A DNA stretch of 64,000 nt, from IMG/VR virus record IMGVR_UViG_3300025570_000010; one strand, written 5' to 3'. The notes under the pieces were generated by a model. That model ran no database searches, was not told the origin of the DNA, and worked only from the letters and a program-made list of their open reading frames with translations. This DNA comes from an uncultured virus (IMG/VR IMGVR_UViG_3300025570_000010) (lineage: Duplodnaviria > Heunggongvirae > Uroviricota > Caudoviricetes > Schitoviridae). The position numbers and the translations under genes are program-made. Below are positions 39,301 to 50,400 of this stretch, piece after piece (within the stretch, counting starts at the first letter, position 1; every line of letters begins with the position of its first letter).

Positions 39301-41415
39301 ATGGCTCGCCTCACTATTGAACAAATCAAGGCACCAGATCTTTCGGTGGCTTCTCAGGCAACTGCTCGTGCAGGGGAGGCGTTTCGTAAAGGTATGTCTT
39401 CTGCATCGGATCTCCTGTCTCAATACCAATCTGGTCTTGAGACACAGGGTGATGCTGAACTGACCAACCTGCTGGCTGGTGCAAAGAATGAAGACGAATG
39501 GAACTCCATTCTGGCTTCGACTGACTTCAGCAAGATGAACATCTCTGCTGGAATGCGTCAGAATATCATGAACCGTCGAGACAATATTCTGGGGTATGAG
39601 AACAAGCGTGCTGACACTCGTTTGGTTGATGCCAACACCGGCAACGTCAATGCTACTACTGCTCGGACACGGAATGCGACCGGCATTGACACGAACCAAG
39701 ACAATCGAGCTGGTGAGCTGCATGGTGTCACCATGGCTGATCACAATTGGCGTCAAGGTGCTCGTGCAGAGGATGCTTCTTTGGCAGGGGCTGCTCTTCG
39801 TGCTGCTGAGGAAAGTGTGACCAATGGTTATGACCAACCTGGGGTAGGCGGCCCGGTCAGTGGTCAAAGCTCTGGTGCTGCTGCTGTCACTCCAGGGACC
39901 AATACTGGTCCTCGTGCAGATGGTTCAGGTATTTCTGTTCCAAATTCTCGTCCCGCAATTCAAGCGAACAACGATGATGTCCTCATGTTGGCTCGTACTC
40001 TGCAAGCTGAGGCTGGGAACCAAGGTCGTGAAGGCATGTTGGATGTCGGATCTGTCATTGCCAATCGTGTGGGTGACTCCCGTTATGGTGATGGGACTAT
40101 CCGTGGTGTTGTCATGCGTCGTGGTCAGTTCTCTGCTTGGAATGGGGAGACTGGACATGCTGGTGGTGAGCAAGGCCAGAACATGAACTTCCAACCCAAT
40201 GCAGATGCTATGGCTGCTGCTCAGGCCATCATCTCTGGGAATTATAAAGACCGGACAAATGGGGCAACCCACTATGTGAACAAGAACATCTCCAACCCTA
40301 GTTGGGGGAACAATGTTACATATCAGCGTGGAGATCACTGGTTTGGGCAAGCTGATGGGCCGGGCAATGGTCAACGTCCTACACCTCCTGCTGGTGGACC
40401 TCAGCCTCGTCAACGTGTAACTCAGAACCCGAACCAAGGTGGTCCAGCTCAACAGGCTTATCTAGGTGCTCTGGCAAACTCTCAGTATCAATCGACTGCT
40501 GATGTTTTAGCTGCGTACCAGAACCAGTACGACTACAATGAGACTGGTCAAGCTGCCATCACTCTTGCTGACAACAAGTTGGCTGAAGAAGCACTGGCCC
40601 AACAGATGCTGGATATTGCAGCAACGAACGTTGATCCCACTGAGGCAGTGGTTCAGTTCCGGAATGAGAACCCCGGTGCAACTGCTGTCGAACGTCTTCA
40701 GTTTGAGGCTGATGTTCTGGAAGCCACAGGTGATGGTGGTGCTCTGAGTGCTGCTCGTCTCCAGATCGGTACGACTGGTGCTTCTCCCAATGACATTGGC
40801 ATTGCTGATGCAGCACTGGCTGACATCTCTGAGCGTCAACAACGAGACCGATTCCAAGTGGCTCAGAATGGTGCTGGTGAATTCACTTCTGATCCTGCCG
40901 GGATGATGACATCTGCTCTGAAAGGTCTGGGGATTTCGACCACACCTTCGGATGTGGAGTCTGCCATCAACTCTCTGGCAGAATCTCAAGGGATTACCCG
41001 TGCTGAAGCTGCATATTCCTATGCTCGTGCTGCTGAAGAAGAAACTCGTCTGGGACGTGCTCTCTCCATCGGTGGTGACAACCTGAGCAACTGGGGTGCT
41101 GAACGTTTTGCCCAAGAGCACTTCAAAGGGGAGAATGCTGCAATAGCTCGTGCTGCTTTGGCTGATGACCGTCGAGTTGCTGAACGCATCCAGACTGCCA
41201 CAAGCAATCTTGGACGGATTGAACGGAAGATCCAGAAGCTCCGTCAACAAGGTGAGACAGTTCCTGTTGACTTGGTTTCTCAACGTGATGAGGCACGTCG
41301 TGCTGTTGAAGGTTTCTATGAGCAATATGGGAACCGTGGACAGACTGATACCCCTCCTCCAGCCGGTGGTGCGAACCCCGGAGCACGGATTGAGCAATCT
41401 CTCCGTGACGGCTAA
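39301..41415 (+). CDS. Ejection protein (gp51 position) with internal SleB/Hydrolase_2 cell-wall hydrolase domain
   Basis: LARTLQAEAGNQ...VIANRV...GQFSAWN...GATHY...GDHWF. Confidence 0.82.
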   Translation: MARLTIEQIKAPDLSVASQATARAGEAFRKGMSSASDLLSQYQSGLETQGDAELTNLLAGAKNEDEWNSILASTDFSKMNISAGMRQNIMNRRDNILGYENKRADTRLVDANTGNVNATTARTRNATGIDTNQDNRAGELHGVTMADHNWRQGARAEDASLAGAALRAAEESVTNGYDQPGVGGPVSGQSSGAAAVTPGTNTGPRADGSGISVPNSRPAIQANNDDVLMLARTLQAEAGNQGREGMLDVGSVIANRVGDSRYGDGTIRGVVMRRGQFSAWNGETGHAGGEQGQNMNFQPNADAMAAAQAIISGNYKDRTNGATHYVNKNISNPSWGNNVTYQRGDHWFGQADGPGNGQRPTPPAGGPQPRQRVTQNPNQGGPAQQAYLGALANSQYQSTADVLAAYQNQYDYNETGQAAITLADNKLAEEALAQQMLDIAATNVDPTEAVVQFRNENPGATAVERLQFEADVLEATGDGGALSAARLQIGTTGASPNDIGIADAALADISERQQRDRFQVAQNGAGEFTSDPAGMMTSALKGLGISTTPSDVESAINSLAESQGITRAEAAYSYARAAEEETRLGRALSIGGDNLSNWGAERFAQEHFKGENAAIARAALADDRRVAERIQTATSNLGRIERKIQKLRQQGETVPVDLVSQRDEARRAVEGFYEQYGNRGQTDTPPPAGGANPGARIEQSLRDG

Positions 41416-41486
41416 GACAACTTTCAGGACTGGTATTTCGGTGCCAGTCCTGTAAAGAAGGGGAAACCAGATCAAGGATCCCATAA

Positions 41487-44400
41487 ATGGCCAACGAATA
41501 CACTCCCGTTTTTGATCAAGAAATGGCCCGCAAGATGGTTGTGGCCGCAAACGAGGGGAATGAGCTGGCAAACACTGAGTTTGCACAAGACATTCAGACT
41601 GCTCCTTACGGATACCTCGTCAATAAGTACGGACAGGAAGTAGCTGACAATCGTCGGCTTTATACCCAAGAACGTGCAGCCGTTGCACAGATCGAGAACG
41701 CTGATCGAAGCAATGCACAGGTTGTGGGAGACACTGGTCTCGCTGTTGCTTCTGGTCTCGTCAACGCTGTTGGTTCTCTTGGTTCGCTGACATTGGCTGC
41801 TGCTGGTGAAACTGACCAATACTTCGACGAAGAGAATGATGGATTCTCCCGTGCAGGTGTTTGGGTCTCTGAGAAGACACAGCAAGCAACTCAGTGGATC
41901 AAGAGCTTCCAGTCTGATGAGCTTCAGGATCGTCAGGGTCTGTCTGGTGTTGAGCGTCAACTGGATGCTCAAGATAACCTCGATCAATTCAACCGTGAAA
42001 CCAACAATGGTGAGGATGCTTCCTTCATCGACGATTTGACATGGGTTGGTCGTGGTACTTTGAATAACCTTGGTCGGGTTGGATCTAATGCTGCTATCGC
42101 AGGTGATGTGATTGCTGAGGGTCTTGGTTCATTGGGACCAAGTGCCAAACTGGCTTCGGTCGCTTCGGGCCTTGTGACACGCACTGCAACGTACAACGCT
42201 GCAAAGATCGCAAATGCCATTGCTCCCACACAGGGAACGAAGTTCCTTGCTATGGGTGCTGAGGGTGTGAACCGTGCTGCAATCGCTTCTGCTGTTGGTG
42301 TTTCTGAGGCTGCTGGAGTCTATTCTCAGACTGTCAACGAAGTTCTGGGGATGAAGCATGGCGAGCTGATGGAGACATCTGAGGAATACGCCACGATGGT
42401 TGGTCAGGGTGTGGATCCTGATGATGCTAAGACAACTCTGGCTGCCAATGCCGGTATCGACGCTTTCAAGACATCTTTCCCGATGGCTGCCAGCTTGGGT
42501 ATCATCGCTGGTAGATTTGAAGCCATGCCAATAAAATCCTTCCGTGGTTCAGGTTTCATCGGTGGACTGCGTCAAGTTGGTGCTCAAACTCTAGAAGAAG
42601 GTGGTCAGGGTGCCTCTGGCCAACTGGCAACGAACCTTGCCATTCGTGACACAGGTGTGGATCCCAACCGTACTCCCGGAGAGGGTGTAGATGAGGCTCT
42701 GGCGACTGGTATGATCGCCGGTACAGGTATGGCTGGTGTACTCGCAGCTCCTTCTGCTCTCGGAGAAGCTCCTCGTAAAATCACTGAAACCACAAAAGCT
42801 GTTGTTAACTCACCTGCTATAAAAGGTGCAGTATCGGCTGTTGGCAGTGCTGTCACTGCTGGTGGGAGTGCTCTGGATGCTGCTGCTAAAAACCTTGAGA
42901 ACAGCCCTCAAGCAATGGCAGCACTGAGAGGTGTTCGTGCTGCTGGAGCAAAAGTCACTGAAAAAGTAACTCCTGTTGCAGATGCTGTGGTTAATCAAGC
43001 AAAGGATTTCAACACTCGTCCTGATCGAGATGCTCAGTCAAAAACACTCGCAGCATTAAGTGAGATTACTGAGCTGTCTGTGGTAGAGTTGACTACAAAG
43101 ATTGATGGGAACCAGTCAGATAAAGAGCTTAATCTTGAGTTGGCTCGCAAATCTGCTGTTCAATCTATTGCACGCAACGAGGCTTCCGGTTCAGTTCCTT
43201 CAACATTCTCCAACACAACGACTGGTAACACTACACTGGCTCGTGTCGGTGGGATCATCTCCAAGCTGAGTGAGAAGGGTGTTCGCATCAACAAGATGAG
43301 CGATAGCGACGTTCTCTATGCCGCATCTGAGATACAAAACCTTCGCAGTTCGATTACAAACCTTCCCACTGCAATGCGGGCCAAGGTCAAGGACATCATT
43401 GCTTCTGAAGATTTCAAGAACATCCAGAAGCGTGTCACACGTATTGATCTGATGAAGACACAGGATGAAACCAAAGCAGTGACTGATGACATGGTCACAG
43501 AGACCAAACTGGTTGCTGCTGTGAACCCTGCCAACATCAATCCGGTGGTTGCTGGGAAGATTCTGGAACAGAATGATCGTACTGATGTGACTCCACAGGA
43601 CATCCAGAACCTGAAGACTGCCAAGCGTATCGGTGAGGCAATCACTTCTCGTTCTGAAGCCTATGTCGAGGCACAGAAGAAGGAAGTGGTCGAGCTGTCT
43701 GTGAAGCCTGAGTATCGTGAGGGCAAGAAGCAGACCAAGCCGGTCGATCTGGTCGAGGCAATCTCTCGCAATATCTTCCTTGGTTCAGGAGACACTCGTG
43801 CTCCGTCTGTGGGGCAGTTCGCTTCTCAAATCATGCAAGGTGCTCAGAACCCAGATGGGACTGTCGAGATCGACGGTATCCCAACTGATGTGAATGCTGT
43901 CACAGATCACTTCACGAACTTTGCACAGCATATGATCAACAAGGTCGATGCTCTCAACCGGTCGTTTGCAAACCGTGATGCCAATGGCAACGGTACTGCT
44001 GAGTCGTTTGACAACCTTGGCCCTAACCGGAAGATCCGTCCGGGGCGTACTGAGAATGGTGCTGTGCAAGGCAAGGCTGTCACCTATCAAGGTGCTTCTC
44101 CTGGTGGTATCCGCTTTGCTGATGAGATGTATGCTGACGCAGTGGCTGCTGTGGAGGTCTACAATGCTCTGGTTGAAGCCTTCCCTGAGCGTTTCCCTGC
44201 TGGAGTGCTTAGTGTCCCAGATTTCGCTCCAAATGCGACACAAAGTCCTTTGAGTGACACAAGTGATCCACAAACTGATGTGGCTGAAGTCGAGACCGAA
44301 GCGGCCCCAACGGCTGTCGAAGAGGTTTCTGCGCCAGCAGAAACCGATGAGCAGGACGCAGAGGTCACTCCTCCTACTCTTGCCGAGATGATGGCTGCTG

Positions 44401-47400
44401 AAACTCGCACCAAAGATGACTTCAGTGCAATGAGCTATGAGGATCTGATCGAGTCTGCAAACCGTTGGTTTGTGGAAGAAGAAGGTATGGGTCTGGAAGC
44501 AATGCCAGAAGCTCGTCAGACTGTGATCAAAGAGTACACTGACTCGATCATTGCCTACTTCAATCTGCCTACAAACTTGGTCACTGGTATCACTTGGCTC
44601 CGTACTCCGGATGCTGGTCACATGGGTCAAGCCATGTGGGGTGAGCGTCTGATTGCAATGCGTGCCGGGGCTGTTCGTTCTCTCCTTGGCCCCAATGATA
44701 CTGAGGGTTTCCGCACTGCTGAACACACAGTCTTCCATGAGCTGATGCACATCATTGATGCGTATGCCTCGAACGATGTCACTCGCCCTGTATCTCACAG
44801 CTCCAAGCTGTTTGATACGATCACAGGTGAAGAGGGTGCCATCTACAAAGAGGTGGTTGCTGCTGTCGATTCTGATCCAGAGATGAAGACACACTTCGAC
44901 TATGCTCTGTCGTACAACAACATCGACACACTGGATGCCTTGGCCTCTGAGATCTTTGCTGAGATTGGTGCACTCTATCTGAGGAACACTGATCTGGCTC
45001 GTGAAAAATTCCCTGAAGGAGTGAAATATGTCGAAAACATCATCGAACAAGCAGGAGGCACAATCGTCGGTGAAGCCACCGATGGAAGTGCCACACAAGA
45101 GTCCAGTGGTGAAGAAAACGTTTCCACCAAAACGTCCGTGGCAGACAAAACCTTTGACAACGTCAGTCCCCAGTTCAACGAATCCTTCCTGAAACGGAAG
45201 GGTGAGTTCTCCTACGCTGATGGTGATGGGATCCTGGCCATGGTTGAAGCTCAACCAGGGACTAAAAATTATGTCGAGTTTGTCCGTCTGTACAAAGACC
45301 GGGTCATCGCTGAAGCCAACAATCGTCTGGCCACACTGAAGGTGAACAAGTCCAAGAAGGACGAGCTGCCTATCAAGGACCGGATCATTGCTGGTGACGA
45401 AGAGGTGGGCCTCTACCGTCGGAACAAGAACACGATCGCTGTTGACCGTACCACAGGTGAATACGATCCAGATCTCCTGTCGATCGCTGCTGTTGCAGTT
45501 CTCGATTGGCTCACTGGTGCTCGCTCTCAGAACATCAAGAACCTGGATGAGACCCTGGAAGACATGAACCTGACCTATGACATGGTCACAGATGATCAGA
45601 TCAACACGATCATGAATGGGATCAACCCTCGTGATGCTGCTGAGACCCTGGCCAAGGACATCGTCCGTATGTGGGGTCTCCGTATCAATCCGGCTGCTCC
45701 TATGGTTGATGCCCGTGGTGCTGCTGAAGGTATGGCTAAAGAGCTGCTGGAAGCTCTCCTCACAGTGAGTGAGCAAGAAGTGGCTGCCAACCGTCAGGCT
45801 CTGATCGGTCGTAAGATCGTTCCGTATGTGGACCCAGAGAATGCTGAGGCACAGCGTCAAGAGATGATTGCCAAAGCAGAAGCTGATGAGATTGATCCAA
45901 ACACAGTGATCTTCAAAGTGAAGCCTGTTGATCAGATCATCTTCGATACGTCTGTCATGCGTGAATTCCAGCAAGCCATTGGTTTGACTGGACAAGAAGC
46001 GTCTAAGAAGATGCTGGCTCCTGAGCTGGATACCATGCCTTCGATCGGTGCTCCTGCACGGTCGATCGACAACACCCAGTCTCGTGGTGATGTGAAGCTC
46101 TCTCGTCGTGAGAAGAAGACGCTTGAGCGTATGCAGAACCAAGGTCATGGACTGAACGTTGAGTTCTCTGGGATGGTCGATGTGGTTGGTCAGGAAGTTC
46201 TGGCCAAGTTCCTCGGTGAGAAGGACTTCAGCGAATTGAGTGATCGTCATCCAGTGCGTGCGTCGATCGCTGGTAAGAACCTGTCGATCGAGCGTGACTT
46301 CCAAGAAGCCATGAGTGTGATCAATGGTGTGAAGAATGCTGGGTTCACCGTGAATGGTGGACTGCCACAGGTATTCTACCGTGTGGGCATCTCTCGTGTT
46401 GGTCGTCACCAGTTCAAAGGGATCAACCCTCAGAACAACAAGATCCTTCGTGCTCTTGTGACACCAACTAAGTCTTTGTTGAACATGGATAAAAAGCGTC
46501 ACAAGGATGCTTTCTGGCTGACAGTTGCTCAGGCTGCTGACATCTCTGGTTTCAACAAAGTGGAAAACCAACATCACAAGTATCTGTTGGAGAATATCCA
46601 ACGTGAATTCTACGCCAAGTATGGCGAAGCTGTTGAAATGATTGGTGAACATCTGGAAGGTAGAGATCTCGATGGTGCTGCTCTGGTGGAAGCCATGGGT
46701 GGAACCGGTGAGATGCAGCAATTGGCTGCTGTCTTTGCCGTGGCTCAACTGGAGAAGGCTCTTCTGGATGGTACACAAGGTGCTTTCGAGACCACTCTCT
46801 CTTTCGAGCTGGATGGTAAGACCGATGGTCCCGGCAACATGATGGCTAACTTCGGACAGGGTATCCTGACCGAACAGGACTTCATGAACTTCAAGCGTGT
46901 TGGTTTCTTCCTCGGAACCAAGAACATGACTCTGAACAAGTTCTTCGGAAATGGCACTGAGCGTGACCTCTATGAGGTGACATCGCTCAAGGGTCAGATG
47001 GCCCTGCACAATGCGATTGCCAACGGCAGTTTCACTGACAAGGCCAAGTTCCATGCGATTGCAAATCTGGCTTCTGCCTTTGGTGATCTGAAGATCGAGA
47101 ATGGGCAGTTTGTCCTCACTCGTAATGCCTCGAAGAACCCGATGACCAAGACGGTCTACGGCTCTTCTGAGCGTGGTATCGGTGTGGGTCTGGCTCAGGA
47201 CATGATGCTCAAGATGTACCAAGCCCTGATCGACAATCCTGATGGGATCGTGGATTACCCCGGTGGCAAGGAAGGCTTTGAAGCTGATTTCTCTACGGCT
47301 TTCGGGATGAAGTTCCCCACAGGCCGTAACTGGAAGAAGGACTATCTGGGCCAGAATGAAGTGGACAACTTCACGAAGGCTGTGACCCAGACTCTGGGCA

Positions 47401-50400
47401 AGGTTCTCTCTGACACTGCCAAGGAAGTCATCGGTGATGAGATCACGAAGGTGAATGACACCTTGGTTCTGATGACTGCTTTCCAGACAGAATTCCTGAC
47501 TGCGAAGTTCCGGGAACTGCTGGATGCCAAGGTTGCAGAGCGTGTCGCTGATGGTTCGATCAAGGTGAATGAGCGGACAGGTGTTCCTGATCGTTCATCC
47601 CTGACACAGGCTGACTATGATGCTGTGGTGGCTCAGATCCGTGCGTACAGCCCGACGTATGCCAACGGTATGCAGACGCTCGACATCGGCTCTCTGGGTG
47701 CCACAAACAGCGGTATCCGTCTGTCTGAGTCCATGACTGGCACTTTCCAGGCTCCATCGACGATGGTGTCTCCTGAGCTGGCCGGAGTGAAAGTCATCCC
47801 GTACATCACACAGGGTCGTGGTGATGCCATGATGATGAACTGGATCTACGGTGGGGAGACTGCTCCGGAGAATACCCTTCAGGTGTTTGATGGTATCGAC
47901 ATGCCTATCGACAAGATCTTTGAATACGCTCAACAGATCAACTCTGCTGTTCTCCAGAACTGGGAAGCAGATGTGATCGGTGACATCGTGAATGATGTGA
48001 CAGGCTTCCTTGAGAAGACTACCAATGATGGGGATCTACTACTGAATGCTTGGACTCGTGCATTTGAGAGTGCTCAGAAGAAAAAGACCACAGCAACTGC
48101 AAAGACTCCTCAAGCGCTGATCGGTGATGTGAACGAGATGCAGCGTCGGAACCAAGCTCGTAAGGCTGTCTTCAAGCGAATTGGAGTCTCTGTCGATCAC
48201 ATGGGTGGTTCGGACACAGCCTTCACACAAGGGCCGGATGGTCGTGATTACACACTGGGTGAGATCAACGACATGATCCGTAAGGAATTGGGGGAACGTG
48301 CTCCTCAGAACCAGAACGATCAGACTGTGGACCCTGATGGGTCCATCGACGGTGAATTCACTGAGATCAATCTGGATGCTTTCCAGATCGAAGATCAACG
48401 TGCTCCTGTTGAAGGTGAGTTCTCCAAGCTGGTGGTCACTGATGCTGCAACAGTTATGGACAGTCTGCTCCGTGAAACTCGGAACAAGCCTGTGGCTGCT
48501 GCTGTTCGGATCCTCCAGAAGGCAAACCTCCAGACTCGTATCGTCATTGGTTCTCCTGAAGAGGTGAGCCAGTGGTACTCGGACAACATCGGTGAGATGG
48601 ACGGTGGCCTGAAGCAGGACAAGAAGGGTATTTATGACCCGGTGAACGATGTCATGCTGATCACTGACAACAACCATGAGACCATGGTTCATGAGCTGAT
48701 CCATGCTGCGACGTTCAAGATCGTTGAAGCGTTCTACAATGGAGATCAAACCCACAAGGATACGATTGGTCGTCTGGAAGTGCTGAACCAAGAATTCCTC
48801 GACATGGACTTCAGCAATGCACCTCAGTCGGTGCAGGACAGTGCCAACAGTGCAAAGTCTCAGATCCTATCTCTTCAAGTAGAAGACACAGCTTTCTCGA
48901 AGGCTGCTGCTCTGAATGAGATGATGGCATGGACCCTCAGCAATGAAGGTCTGATGAAGGAACTGGGTCAGAAGCAGACAAGCCTGATGGCTCGCATGAC
49001 CAAGGTTCTGAAGGCTCTCATGCAGCGTCTGCTGGGTGGGGTGAAGTCAGATATGCTGTCTAACATCCAATTCAACACCGAGTTGTTGATCATTCCATCG
49101 GAGACTCTGGCTCTGCCAGCTCCTGTGGAAGACACGCTAGATGAGCTGACACCCGGTGCTCAGAAGATGACGAACTTCTGGATCGACTTGGCCGAGCAAC
49201 GTCTTGATGAAGCTGTGAAATCCACTGGTCGTGTGTCCGAAAAAGTGACACAAATTTCGGACTACCGGAAGAACGCACAGAGTGCGATTGATACTCTGAC
49301 CTTCGGTGGGTTCACTCTCTCTGCATACCAGCGTGAGACGTTCAAAGCGATCCACATGGTTCTGGCCATGGAGATGCGTCTGAACCCTCAGAGTGCTGCT
49401 GCGTTGAACGATATGTTCAAGCATGTGACAGACAACCTGACACCTGCTATGTTCGGCCCCACAAATGAACAGGACCGTTATTCTGCGGTCATGGAAATCT
49501 TCGGAGAAACCAAAAATGATGAAGGTGTATCAGATGCAATTGCTGTTCTTCTGGCTCTCAGCCAAACGTCCCGTGGTTTCCGTGCTGCAATTGATCAGCT
49601 TTCTGTGCCGGAATCCATCCAAGGCATCAGCAATGATTCTGTCAATGACTTCCTCAGTTCACTGACAGGGATGCTGCTGAACAAGGCAATCGGTTCGATT
49701 GACCTGAATGGACAGTCTGTCTCTGAAACTCTGGACCAACTGTCAGAGTCGATCCTTCTGGAAGCCTCAGAGAAAGAGTTCCGGATCCTCAGTGGTTTGA
49801 TGAATAACATCAACAAAGCTGATGACTGGGGCAAAGGTGCTTTCAAGAAGTTGGCAGGTTTCACTGAAGCAGTGAACGATGAGCTGCGTGCATCAAACCG
49901 CTCTCAGCTCACCAAACTGACCTTCGGTGCAGTCACGGCTGCCACTGCTTTCATGGATCAGGAGCGTGCTGACATTCAGGCTCAGGCTCTGAAGCGTGTG
50001 ACACACATGGGGACCAATCTGGACTTTGCTGTGTTTGCTCGTGAGTTCGTTGCAGAGGTCATCGGTACGGATCAAACCAATGCCAAGATCACTTCGATGC
50101 TGGATGAGGTGACATTCAATGCTTCGGCTGTTCGTCAGAACTACCGGGAAGATCTGCCGGTGATGTTCCAGAACGAATTCGAGAACCACCCTGATGCAGC
50201 CCAATGGCGTGCAGCTCACAAGGTATTGGGGAAGACTGATTTTGCTATGGTCTATGACCAAGATCGTCCCAACACATCCTTCGAATACTTCAAGGATGAG
50301 AACCTGATCGACGATGAGATCTTGGTTCATGAGGCTGCAATCCGTGCAAACTTCAGTGCTCCGATTGCCAATGTCATTCTGGAGAAGAGCCAACAACTGG

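Noticed and set aside
43785..47222. 1145-aa antisense ORF, and similar ones opposite MCP, helicase and ATPase
   Set aside because: Shadow frames of codon-biased real genes; no RBS or recognisable motifs
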